A DNA stretch of 62,106 nt, the filler included. It is 13 parts of 13 records of this genome, joined end to end, with 100 filler letters (N's around TTAATTAATTAA, not from the genome) between each part and the next. Parts side by side here need not be neighbours in the genome. Positions count along the whole stretch, not along the records: positions 4,264 to 13,538 come from SRR15195285_8923; positions 13,639 to 16,879 come from SRR15195285_8945; positions 16,980 to 20,012 come from SRR15195285_8952; 10 more parts are not named here. One strand, 5' to 3'. This document shows, piece after piece, positions 10,201 through 19,863 of the stretch (position 1 is its first letter; each line of letters begins with the position of its first letter). Under the pieces are notes generated by a model. The model saw only the letters and a program-made list of their open reading frames with translations, made no database searches and was not told where the DNA came from. The position numbers and the translations under genes were made by a program.

Positions 10201-11424
10201 GATAATGTCAAGTACTGGAAAGGAGTCACGCTCAAGAACGACCCACTGTGGACAGGTACAGCCCATACCAGGCTACCGAACATAACTGTACCAGCATTGA
10301 TGGGGTTTGAGAAAGCCGACCCAGAGCGTCGCAAAATTTCTGACGTTCAGCAGGTAACTGTGCTGCAGCATTTTCAAACGCATGCGGACACGTTGCGAAA
10401 CTTTGCTGTGATTGGATTTGGCAAATTCAGGCCTAAGGGCGCCAATACAGTGGCGTACAAAAAGTCTCACGTGTACAGTGTGTACATTTTCAATCTGAAA
10501 AAGCTGCGCCATGTCGAGTACGACCCACGGCACTGGGTGATGGAAGACATCGATTTCAATAGACGCGTCGCCCACGCACCAGACCCTGACCAACCAGATC
10601 GTACGCTTGTCATGTGCAAGTGCCAGCGGTGGCAGTTTTTTAAACCAATGCAGCTCGGTGGGTGCGCGGGCGGCGTCGTTGAGGCTCCAGTGCCAAACCT
10701 AGCAGCACCTTCTCCGGTGCTAGTCGACGTCTCGCAATCTGTGCCTGCTGCAGGTCAGAGCATTGCAGAACTGCTCGCCACGCTGGAGCAGCGTACGATG
10801 GGGGGCACCTCGTCCAAGCACAAGCCGCACATCGCACGCTTGCGCGAGCTAGAACAGATGTATGGCATTGATGTGGCTGCTGGAGGGAACCTAATGATTG
10901 CTCGAGTGACTGCGATAGAGCAGGTCGCATCAACCATTGCACAGCGGCTGGATGTGCTTGGACAACAGCACACGGTGGGCGCTCCCTCGGCTGTGGCATA
11001 CGTCGAACGCATTCACGAACTAGAACAGATGTATGGTATTGATGTGACTGCCGGAGGATCCCTTTCTGTGAGAGTGAGTGCGATTGAGCAGGTCGCAGCA
11101 GATGCCCACCGACTTAACGAGTTGGAACGGCGTACGGTAGGGAACACCTCGTCCGGGTCGTTCATCACACGCATCTGTGAGCTAGAGCAGATGTATAGCA
11201 TTTATGTGACTGCCGGAAAGTCTCTTTCTCCCCGCCTGGGTGTGATAGAGCAGATCGTGGCAGATATCGCACAACGGCTTAACGTATTAGAACAGCGTAC
11301 GGTAGGGACCACCTCGACCGAGCCGCACACCCACCGCATCTGTGAGTTGGAAAAGTTGTATGGGCAAGCCACTGGGAAGTCTCTCCCGATGCGAGTTCGA
11401 GACATGGAGGTGTTGTGTGGCTGA
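4264..11424 (+). CDS. GREB1: GREB1-like protein (5'-truncated): CW zinc finger, PDZ-like domain, circularly permuted SF2 helicase/ATPase, TAGT-family glycosyltransferase, C-terminal tandem repeats
   Basis: Frame is open from the contig edge (RGRGRG...RPRRSTCKQVNY). GREB1-type blocks: LPCILILCEKGKMGDSFPDSFRYYDLRL; FLLFGRPQIGKTGAFL (8803-8826); FPIFQPSYNR...YKRQFP...LP...IGYSRFYMKQL...FCAVLDDN; HVYSVYIFN...EDIDFNRRV. DEAH at 7486 and SAT at 7612 precede the Walker A. Confidence 0.85.
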   Translation, partial: RGRGRGRGRGGGINHAWSDHDRANHTPVAQAGQTQITSRPRRSTCKQVNYADGDGDGVFAGDKSRYVDSKEIRDIYPGRWWHLIDSSEPRRAEGFAVRLVDDVMGMSTKYANHDHGVVLFAEEIRREWTFNEVPDDNRWDTYHNDDDVNSLPAGKGPEMVVVFVKGEERENPTREDLLQAYRTYSSSREEWETVDEIVAVDAYMVAPYLPPSHDSHGTRRGEETCKMYGFSAEVQTSGFCVQCTKCNQNRELPAGVFLRYGSAKCWECSLHPDLACVCEPVGRDAEGKSAGGVAGSDEPAERARENSTPHRASAGDELSEPKARDDELLRSVVRGAYAAAQKGMSQDLNPAVEELLNYLRTPEGLHYRADLVRVAKGRPDDEAVMACYNWLHTTGGHLRDDKDHLRKTKALYQRINTVLNKLTFSLTGRKVATKRGKDQRFALVPISPKSFSKQIDRPAVPPRMDSNDPRLPLWSGSTQQLDACETARQTRVAKGFGSPMKAALDVLIQYLHECDQPSGDPPTFSELALRLENIKGLGFGKILKLLVRLEFRLPGIDEYVKSHSRALQSVRNTLTDDYALLFPRDFLAQQCRTDPGPNFQRVKRVLVHQKPWSELDENQRLAAQELNYTAQIWDANEWPPDMDKWSRLSPDQVTAAQMLEHTKKSWDAEFRLNNVFEDDAADLDIGEDLSDVDDEDISGKTDFEDFSDLEEDDEAENSLPATRAASVTTLSSESTTVEYLKPEDLHFSSSNMLLKYLVLESVSSLPTGEALENREIKQWKNSGKIDGFELTKGMALIKVADRNVEGKSLDEVQQLIRTELARPLTLSFIRGGIQWKMLTARNPQVDAYPPHAWKTEDEVMRTKFAECVGSDGQRVNSSDKMLQLLRSFGLHEVQLYNDMTGEIETKQLSPQSVLNNFGGEGKLDYRQFYNFVRRRKISIHPAQEKKAHALFEKIAAAIEWKFDRYTDFQFVVLVPNQNNLQSQTVERLREFLDEFKHIVPCRERFFQKYCTDDDGIDGDDKLLDMRRKEAEQRIETDLVGKKNSNPKSAVDKKWREKVRRRIIDNPETLFLIIHDEAHFENTLNGAADSFLNASTGPGTDEDRRLSNRENVIILDVSATPFNLLSNQSQIPIANEEIWDDEDSPGYCGQTEFTQRFNSWERGSINGVDPAFDTEVKKLLKTVYTGKYPKTQANKNGEHKKHPKAGDPHSKCEEFARIHALTKQYVDALEKTRNHLGKYPSGGMRTHTERMVQDLVNIPLDSSDGSGIMILLRQPHSTGQMVGKRIKEARDRLGLQNRFAVIVDLNEKQNGLYGALKDWNREIFDRMKQRLKTDDDGMKRQLRTYEDLEGLPCILILCEKGKMGDSFPDSFRYYDLRLRYPNDPESRQATVQDLGRAFGYRTHETRPVIIVGHGCMNKLKQGTSAVRSTKSTTLKERPQGLRGIDPDYGHMRCTGDKNDAQMWPRSEFDTEPYRKHWEAAEPKGTRALIDWHGHPSNDQVTDGWTNNPLHFLLFGRPQIGKTGAFLMLIYLLWQECVEGRDELADGEEVESDDDDEADAESILQNMDPLPNYDYMVQQQFEDAKVEHTDNGYTFLTCKCLLKNGFKPLPVGHPSSHNKLGGGCQASRCGLNCGKYGDPKVPELWKFYVLDGEKPPHPRAKEYSMNSSKKTPTRAVQTASTAPAAAAQLLPIGHHLNAPNSAVDSASGGSVSANSALVESTSSPTWGAARRSSDGTGYNYAWVARGSAYALSRNPMRNQREPMGYRVRFDARDGQPACEGRLHIPDELINCSRTRRTDPTSNPLMWSDRDGTSYVNGRGSCDVRLMLPSSDECFIELETCNNKRCEAYGKPCNDETHMRKLQKVMRFPIFQPSYNRSGYRCIDESCRHFGKSTCPDRKHKPEAALDIRPMMGNHLYAQIVAVKKSQVEDYKRQFPRITFFELPEHDAMPEHSIGYSRFYMKQLSHILCRDLDDFPFCAVLDDNVKYWKGVTLKNDPLWTGTAHTRLPNITVPALMGFEKADPERRKISDVQQVTVLQHFQTHADTLRNFAVIGFGKFRPKGANTVAYKKSHVYSVYIFNLKKLRHVEYDPRHWVMEDIDFNRRVAHAPDPDQPDRTLVMCKCQRWQFFKPMQLGGCAGGVVEAPVPNLAAPSPVLVDVSQSVPAAGQSIAELLATLEQRTMGGTSSKHKPHIARLRELEQMYGIDVAAGGNLMIARVTAIEQVASTIAQRLDVLGQQHTVGAPSAVAYVERIHELEQMYGIDVTAGGSLSVRVSAIEQVAADAHRLNELERRTVGNTSSGSFITRICELEQMYSIYVTAGKSLSPRLGVIEQIVADIAQRLNVLEQRTVGTTSTEPHTHRICELEKLYGQATGKSLPMRVRDMEVLCG
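10770..11410 (+). repeat. Four coding tandem repeats of ~55-60 aa (LEQRTxG...RIxELEQMYGIDVxAGxxLxxRVxxIEQ)
   Basis: Visible in protein and DNA (recurrent ctagaacagatgtatgg-like and cgtacggtaggga-like segments). Confidence 0.9.
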
Positions 11425-11586
11425 GAATGGATCCATTAGTATTCCTTGTGGGTGGTCATCGTCACCCACTCCTCGCTGACAGCGGGCATGGCCACCTTCC
11501 ACCCAAAAACCAACCCTCACGCGCCACCGTTTCGGTGGGAACAAACACGTTCCAAAACTAGGGAACTGAGGTGGTTACTTGCTGTC

Positions 11587-11623
11587 GTTCATGGAGTACT
11601 CTTTTGTCCGAGGATGTGGTGGC
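11587..11623 (-). repeat. 37-bp inverted copy of 9219-9255 (36/37 identical)
   Basis: gttcatggagtactcttttgtccgaggatgtggtggc is the reverse complement of 9219-9255 except for one C/T difference. Confidence 0.95.
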
Positions 11624-12077
11624 CAAGTGTTTTGAACAACAGAGTTTGCAAGCAACACACTGTGATACCGGAAATAAGAGGATGTCGGCGGAAGGTTGTG
11701 GCGGACAAGAGGATCCACCACACCACTCAAGGATTTACAGAGAAAGGGCATCGAAGAGGGCGTCGATGATGCGGTAGCCGCCTTCTCTCAACAACGGACG
11801 GCACAGCGTAGAGCTATGTGCACTGTGACTGGCGCCACACTAGCAAGTTCACTTATGAAGTGCGACAGAAAGTCACCTCGACAGTGAACTTGCAAGCTTG
11901 GCTGATCAGCAAGTGCAGAACCTCTTGTGCAGCAGAGGTTAGATCAGATTGGCACTAGACAGCTTTGCGAAATTGCAGCAGGAACTACGTCGAGTCGAAG
12001 CTGGGCGAAGGACTTTGCAGCTGCAACACATTGTCTGAGGTGTGAGTTTTGCGCTCCATTACCGCGTTACTCGCAAA

Positions 12078-12824
12078 CTACAACTCGTTCTTTTTGGCAG
12101 CCCACTCTTCGAGCAATTTCTTTGTCTTGGGGTTGCGAGTCAGCTCGACGGGAGTCTTCCCGTTCTTATCAGGATAATCATGTGGCACACCTGGTGGAAA
12201 TGATTCCGTAAGTCTCCACACGTAGGAGTCTAGTTGGATGAGGCCTAGGCAAACGCACCTGCTTCCAAGAATGCCTTAACAGTGTCCGTGTGGCGCTGCT
12301 CCTGGCCCCAACATGCGCGATGCATGCCAATGAAGCCATCTTTGTGCGTGTCTAGAAGGTCCAGGCCATGCTCCTTGAGGATGGGCACCAAGTCGGCCCG
12401 GCCCTGGAAGCCAACGCCGTGAAACGGCGTATCTGTGGAATCGGCAGAACAGGGTCAGATGGCCACCTGCGACGAGCTGCACCACAGCCAGAGGTACACC
12501 GCAATCACGTCGGGGTTGTGCTTCAGAAGCGCCACCACGTTCTTGGTCTTGCCCTGCAGAACAGCGGCCATGAGCGGTGTCTGTCCACCTTGACCCTTCT
12601 TGTTGATTTCCTGTGCAGCAACACAAAACGCGTTCAGCTGCGAGGCGCTCCGTGGTCAAGCATCGGCCCTGGGCGCGGCTCACCGCGCCCATCTCGATGG
12701 CCTCATCGATGTAGCTGGCACTCTCCCTCATCAGAGCCTGCTCGAGGTGCCTGTCAGCGTCCTTGTTCTTCTTAGCGTCGGTCACACCGGCCACGAGCAG
12801 CAGGATCATGCATACGGAGCGCAT
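12078..12824 (-). CDS. Secretory-pathway ankyrin-repeat protein (spliced) ending in a KDEL-like KNEL
   Basis: Signal peptide MRSVCMILLLVAGVTDA; ankyrin motifs across exons (INKKGQGGQTPLMAAVLQG, PFHGVGFQGR, DGFIGMHRACWG, NGKTPVEL); last exon ends ...WAAKKNEL-stop. Confidence 0.75.
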
Positions 12825-13255
12825 CTCGTGGCTGGAACGAGGGCCGGAGCGACGGAGCAGCCTTAGGCCTGCAGTGACTGACGCTGCGTGGCGCGCGACG
12901 CCGCACCGCCGCCGGTGCCACCGGCGGGCGGCGGCGGTCCACAGTGTCAGTCGACACAGTCTCGACAGTCCACTCGATCCCTCGGCTGGGACACACAGCT
13001 GAAGCTCCACACAACAGCCAATATCGAATATCCTGCCTTCCTCCTGTGTATTCAAATTCATAAACGTGTACTCGATGTACCAGTCACACCGGCCGCGGAT
13101 CGGGGGCCGAAGTGCCGATAAGAGACCCCCGAAAAAGTCACGTCACGTGACTTTTTTGAGGACCGGTGATTCGGCAGGTGACTCTCTGAGCAGTGACTGC
13201 GTGGTGCGGGCGTCGGCGAGAATCAGAGCGGAGATGATGGCGATGGTCGTGCGGG

Positions 13256-13538
13256 ATGGCCGCTAGGTGTGGCCTCGGGGGCTGTCACGGGCTTCGATGC
13301 CCCGAGTGCCCAGCGTGCCCAGCGTGCCCTGAGTGCCCGGCGTGCCCGGACTGCCTGCGGGGGGCAAGGGGGGGCCGTGCTAGCATGGACGTGCGGAGCT
13401 TTGACGCGACGGACTGCGTCTTCGGTGTGGCTCTCGCCTTCCTCGCGCTGAGTGTGCTGTCCGCGCCCTGGGTGCGCCGGCAGATCGGCGCCGCTGCCCA
13501 GGTCTGCACATGTCTATGCCCTGATCCCGGGGCCTCGT
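13256..13538 (+). CDS. Partial gene start with (CPx)n repeat and a hydrophobic segment
   Basis: CPECPACPACPECPACPDC followed by VFGVALAFLALSVL; cut by the contig end; start uncertain. Confidence 0.4.
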
Positions 13539-13638
13539 NNNNNNNNNNNNNNNNNNNNNNNNNNNNNNNNNNNNNNNNNNNNTTAATTAATTAANNNNNN
13601 NNNNNNNNNNNNNNNNNNNNNNNNNNNNNNNNNNNNNN

Positions 13639-16600
13639 CATAACTGACCGACAGAGCGTGGACTGCTGCAGTGAACGCAGACGAAGACTGCAATGATGAG
13701 CTCATGTCAGGGACTGGCACACCACCGCCAGCACTATTCTGGTCGTCAGGGATCTTGGCAACATTACCATTCGGCGGACGGTGCCCAAAAGGTGGCGGCT
13801 TCAACTGTGAGCCAAATTGTGCCAAAGTCTTTTTGTGCGACGACTGTGCACCAGGAACTCCATTTGTGCCACTGATGAAGCTTAAAGACACGTTAAGGGT
13901 CCGACTGATTGCCTCACATAACGACATCTGAATGTTGACTTCTTCGTACTTGATCAGCCAACACGCAAGCAAAGGGAGCAGCGAGGAAGTGGCCTCTGTG
14001 AAGCTGACTGTGAGCATGAAGTCGGGGAGCCAGCTTACCAATCGCGTCACCAGCGAGCGGAGGTACTGAGCACCACGCTTTTGCCCAGCGATGCTTAGCT
14101 GAGCCGGTCGAGGCCCGCCGAGCTCAACCTGCTTCAAGGCTGGCAACGCAGGTGATTCCGGGTGCAACGTCGCCCGCAAGGACGAGATGAGGGCAAGCAC
14201 AGGAACAGCAGCAGCACCACCATCCAGCTGGTGCAGCGCAACTAGCTGTTCGATGACAGCTGAGAGCTGCGCCCCGCACTGGGCCGAATGATTCGCACGT
14301 AGCGGGTGGGTACTGCCGTTCAGTTCCGGCGTCGCCCCCCAGTGAGTATGAATCATCATCAGCACCTCTGCGCCCAAAACGGCAATCCCGTCTTCCACAC
14401 TGCCAGAATGCACGAGCGAATGGATGCGCGAAGCCAAATCTGGTAGCAGAGCGCCCACCCCAGCAATCACGGCCTCAACCCTTGCTCGTGCGCTGCCGTC
14501 TCCACTTTGTCCGCTCAACGCTGGTAGCAGCGAGCGCAATGTCTGGCACTTGCGTAGCGCATGGCGCAGAGCCGTAAGGGAAACTAGCACCAACAGCGTT
14601 GAAGCGGAATGAAGCATTTCTGTCCACAGCTCCTTGATCATTTCAACGTCAAACCAGCACAACACCTCTGTCAACGCTGGCAGTACCTGCGCCGCCATAC
14701 GTCGGACTTCCCAGCGTGTGTCGCCAAAACAAACCACGGTGTGACACAGAATCGCTCGCAGTTGAAGCTTGCACTGCGGTACCGGAGTGGACACCTCACT
14801 CTGCTGCTGTACATCGCTGTCATCGCGCGGTGTTCCACCAGCGCTCCCAACTTCAAACTCTCCAGAGCTCTGTGAGTTTGCAGAGTTCGGAGTGAGCGGA
14901 GTTGGAGAGCTGCCGTCACCTTCTTCTGGTGGTGGAGGAACAAGTTGGTAAGTGCGCGATGGCGAAAACCCACGCGCAACGGGTGAATCCTTTTTGTCCG
15001 TGGCTGGCACAAGCATGCGCAACCGGTCGATAAGCGACGCGGACGCCGCGGACTGAGCCGCAGCGGCACCATCAGAACCTCCGACGGGAGTAGTCCCTTC
15101 AGCAGAAGCTGACCCAGGAGTGGCTGGTGACTGACTGGATCCCACCATACTTTGCGTCGAACGTGGCTGGTGAAGATTGTTGACACCTGGAGAGGCCGGG
15201 GAGTGGAGAAGAATTGGCGATGGCAAAGTCCGCGGGGACAGCGTGCTATGCAGCGTCGGGAAGATTGAAGACGTGTGGTTGTTCAGTAAGCCGTTCAGGA
15301 CCAGCTCGTATGCCAGTAGCCTGCCTTCCTTCCACTCCCACATATGTGCGTCCACATTCGCCGCAGCAAGCGACTCCTCAAACGTTCCCACAGTCACACC
15401 TGTGCCACTGCCTCGCCGAGCTGCGTCTGAGCGAGGAGAGATAGGCACCAGCCAACCTCCTGTGAGATCCTCGATAATCAGCTGAGCCAGGCCCAGATCG
15501 CCTCCATCCTTTGCCATCACGTAGAAGAAGATCCGGCTCGCAGACTGGCGCACAGTGGAAGCCTCATGGCCTAGATACGTCTGCAGAGTTGGGGCGTATG
15601 ATGACCAGTGCGAATACAGCCAATCGACCGTGAGAACCTTCACCAGCACAGCGCAGAGGCTCAAGAGGCCTTCTGCCTCAAATGCTCCGAGCAGCTGCAA
15701 GCTCGCTGGTTTCCCACCACCACGCAGTCTACCAATGACCTCGCCAAATGCTTTCACAGTTTCACGGTGACTTGATCGGCTGAGGTACACCGCGAAGGCT
15801 TTTGTGGCTACTGCTCGCACTGATAGTTGCGGGTCAGCCAGGCTTGCGAACCCGACAACAGCTAGCGTGGTGGAGACATCAACCGGGAGCGCCGGAGCGC
15901 AGAACTCGTCGCCATCCACAGTTAGCACCGCGTCTGGATGCAAGGACCCGCCCGATTGTGTGCGGCGGTGCATCGATTTGCGAGGTGTGAAGGCATCGGA
16001 CGGCTCGCGCATTTCTATGCGAAACCGCCGAACGATCGCCGTGATGCCCATGAGCGCTCCCTCACGCGCTTGCCACGTAATGTCAGAGCGGTGGCAAATC
16101 GCGATGCATGACTTGTAGAGTTGCATCATGTGTGGATGCTTCAGGTTGTGCTCCAGCCCGAGCAGCCGTGCTGCACAAGCCTTGCGAATTGCAGACCAGA
16201 CGTCAGTTAAACCAGCGATGATCACAGCTTCAACTTGGTCGAAATTTTCGGATAGTGCCACCTGAGCTGGAGCTGTCTTGAGCCACTCAAAGAGGCATTT
16301 GAAAGTGCGATCTCGCACAATCGGCTTCGTTTCGGCCGTGAGCTGCGAACATACCAGGTGTTTAGCTGGGGTGCGAAACATTCCAACGCCGTCGAGGGGA
16401 ATGGCGTATGGCTGATACTCATTAGCAAGTTGTGTGAGCTCACCTGCCCTCCCGGAACTTCGAGCATCACGAGGAACTGTGGTAGGCCAAGCCCAGGCGA
16501 CGTCTTCGTGGAGCCCGTCAATGAGGGGACAGCTGGTTTCGCATGAGCCGTGGCCACAGCTGCCACTGGCGCCGCGACAGCCGCGACAGCCATTTTGGGG

Positions 16601-16879
16601 CCGGCGATGGCTGCTGGCGCCACGGCGGTCACTGCGGTCACTGTGGTCACTGCAGCCACCGCGACTGGCGCAGACTGTGCGGCGCGTTTGAAAACAGGCG
16701 CTGCAGTCACCGCCACGGGTGTGGGCTTGAGTCCCACTGGTGCGGCCTTGGCGGTCACCCGTGCCACACCGGGCGCCTTCGTCCCGCCATCGGCGCTAGC
16801 CGCGGGCGCTACCGCTGCAGCGACGACGGAAACGACTGCGCTGGCCGGCTTTGGCTGCTGCTGCTGCTGCTGCTGCTGC
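13639..16879 (-). CDS. HEAT-repeat protein, partial at both ends, with a Q/A/V/T-rich N-terminal exon
   Basis: HEAT-like motifs LTDVWSAIRKACA, TWQAREGALMGI, LADPQLSVRAVA, LGHEASTVRQSAS, FGDTRWEVRRMAAQVL; frame change near 16380-16430 is consistent with an intron. Confidence 0.75.
16854..16879. repeat. (GCT)n microsatellite at contig end (poly-Gln on the minus strand)
   Basis: Direct observation. Confidence 0.9.
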
Positions 16880-17299
16880 NNNNNNNNNNNNNNNNNNNNN
16901 NNNNNNNNNNNNNNNNNNNNNNNTTAATTAATTAANNNNNNNNNNNNNNNNNNNNNNNNNNNNNNNNNNNNNNNNNNNNCCAGCCCGTGCCACTCTGCGC
17001 AGCATAGAAACACTCCGGCGCTTATCGATTGAATCCCCGATTAACGCCGCTGGCGGCGGGGGTGGTACGTACATACGTATACCGGTACATGTATGCGGCG
17101 CCCTCCGTGGCGGGGCCCGGCCGGGGGCATCGCATCGCAGCAAGCCTTCGATTCATGCACAGTATGCACACCATGGCGGGTCTGCCAGACTGTGAGTGCG
17201 TGTGGTGACGGACGGAGAGGGTTGTGCGCTGGCGCTGCGCAGCTGATAGCAGGACACGGCTGAGACGACACCGCTGCGGGCGTTGACGCGACGCGGTGA

Positions 17300-18407
17300 A
17301 TGTCTGACGTGCCCGTCTCTGCAGATGGGGTGGCAGCCGAAGCGGAGCGCCAGCCACAGCCAGAGCCGGAGCAGGAGCCTCAGTCTCAGCAGGCAGCGTT
17401 GCCCCGGTTCCGAGCCGTCGAGCTCTTCGGTGGCGCCATGGGCTCGCAGATTTGCAGCCGGTTCGCCGACGTCGCAACGTTCCGCCAGGTTCCAGACTCA
17501 CAGGAAGTGTTTGTAGATACGGCCAGCCAGGGGAGTCTCACTCTCGAGCTGCTTGAACGACAAGGTGCGCCATGTGATTCCACCGGCTGTTGTTCTCATG
17601 CGCATGTTCGGTCTGCTGACAAGATAACCTGCTGCCCCAGACGGCACGGATGCCGAGGCGATGCTCCTACTCTGGCGTGACGCTGCCGAGCAGAACGACG
17701 TTGATCCGGCGGACCCAGCCTCGCTCGTCCTGCTTGGGACTGGCCCGGTGCACCCTGTGAGCCCAGGCGCCCCGCCGCCGCACGGGATGGGTGCGCACGT
17801 CGCCGCAGTGCATCAAGCCCATGGCTGGATGAGCGCACAAAGCGCCGTCACGCCTGGTGCCGCAGAGGACAAGCAAGCCGAAGCTGGTGTGGCGGTGGCT
17901 ATGGTGCTTCTGCGGCTCGCAGCGTTCGAGACCGACATGCTGATCACGTACAACCTGCCCGCTCCGCGACCCGACAGTCCACATATCGACACTGATCCCG
18001 TTGCGAATATGTGGCAGCAGCAGGCGCAAGAAGGCCCGGGTCAAGCTGCTTCGGTCGTGGCTTGTGTGCCTCGCTCTCATCATGACATCCTAAGCGCATA
18101 CTACGCCACACGTGATCCGTCCAAAACGGCAGAGCAGATCGCGAACATTATTGTGAAACGAAACGATGGCGGGCCGTTTTGGTGGCCAAAACTGTGTGAG
18201 GCTGTGCAGAAAAAGTACGCAGGGGAGCAGGTAACCCTTGAGCTTGCTCTTTTGCGTGCGAGCGGTGATTACGGCGACGATGCCTCAGAGACACAACGCG
18301 CGGCGGGGAAGTTGGTGTGGCGCGAGGCTTCGCAAATTTTGCGCACGTTCGTCGCTAGCTGCAAGCTCCATGACACCGGCCTTTTCGATGCTGGAGGCAC
18401 AGGTTGA
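17300..18407 (+). CDS. MOG1: Ran guanine nucleotide release factor, Mog1/PsbP-like (two exons, intron ~17564-17640)
   Basis: LFGGA...FADVATFRQVPDSQEVFVD...SLTLELLE and LLRLAAFETDMLITYN...DTGLF match the Mog1 consensus. Confidence 0.8.
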
Positions 18408-18683
18408 ATGAATCTACGCCCGTCAGTGTCTGCTCCTGTCTATCGCAATTGCTGATCTGCCACTGGGATGTTCCTCATGTGCACGTATCACCCTATGTCC
18501 GACCGATGCCCACTCAGTCCATGCACCACTGCGTGGGAGCCCAGCATGATTGTGACGAGATGCGCTCAGATACGAGCCTTCGAAAGCCCCTCAGGTTCCT
18601 GCGGATCTGGACGCAGGCTAACAAATTTCAGTGGGAGCCGCGTAGTGGGCAGTTGTGAGTGAAGGATGCGTAAGAACGTGCGA

Positions 18684-19863
18684 TCATGCACAGACCAGTG
18701 CAGGCGTGTGGCGCTCACAGACAGGCTCTTCATTCGTCCCCACGGCATCAAACGCATCCGCAGTCTCCATCAAGTTCGCTTGATCGCCGTAGACTAGCCT
18801 CCCGTACTCGTCCCAGGTACGGAAACTCGCATTGGTTTGGTCCAGCGGCGCAACCCACATCCCACCCATGATCTCATCAAGCTCAGCTGTTGTCCGCACG
18901 CCGTTGATGACGTGGCTCACAGCAGGATGCGTAAGAGCGTAAGAAATGCAGTCGGCGGTGCTGGGTGGCCGGTCGTCCCATTTCCGGTGCCCGGACTGCA
19001 GTGTATTCCAGCGGGTGGTGGTAAAAGCGAGCACCGGGACCGCGGCAGTAAGGCAGGCAGGAAAGGCTTCGCGCTCTGCAGTTTTGTGGGCCATGTTGTA
19101 GCGCAGCATCGCCGCGTCGAGCTTGCCCGACTGAACCAACGGCACGACGGTATCGAAATCGTGGGTCGACATTGCAACGTACCGCACTTCGCCGCGGGTC
19201 TTCAGCTTGCCAAGCGCATCTAGTGCCGCGTGAACGACCGATGGGTCCTGCACGCACACACATAGGCACATGCACTCAGCGTGCATGCCGTCCACCGCGA
19301 CGCTGCAGGCTATCTACGTGGTGAGGCTGCCATCTGCACCGAGCAGCACTGCAATAGTGTGGCGCTGTTTCACAGACCTCGTAGGCCTGAATGTACTGCA
19401 GCACGATGAGATCTATGCGGCTCGTGCCGAGCTCCTGCTTTGCCTCCTCAACATCCGCCATCACGCGCTCCACGCTGCGATGGTCAGCACCTCCCTGGCT
19501 CGGACTGCCACAGTTGGCAATCAGAAAGACCTCGTCGCGGTGGGCTGCAGCAAGCCTTCGCAGGCCATCGCAGAAATCGTCATGTGCAGCCCCTGAATTC
19601 CAGTCTTAGGAGCGAGCAGCGATTGACACGGCGTGGCCATCGAGATGAGCAGGATGCAGGCAGTGCAGTGTTTGGTGATTGACGACGGATGGAGCAGCGT
19701 GATGGACGCCTGCTGCGACAGGGAGGTGGCTCTTACAAAAGGAGTTCACGCCACGCTCAAACGCCTCGCTCACGAAGGCCGTGCCCGACTGAGAGAGGTC
19801 TTCCTTGCCACCGATGATGATGGCCGAAGCAACGCCGCCGGCTGCGGTCGTCAGGGCGACCAT
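18684..19863 (-). CDS. Aldo/keto reductase family protein (multi-exon)
   Basis: AFERGVNSF; ELGTSRIDLIVLQY; LKTRGEVRYVAMSTH; AMLRYNMAH; YALTHPAVSHVINGVRTTAELDE. Confidence 0.8.
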
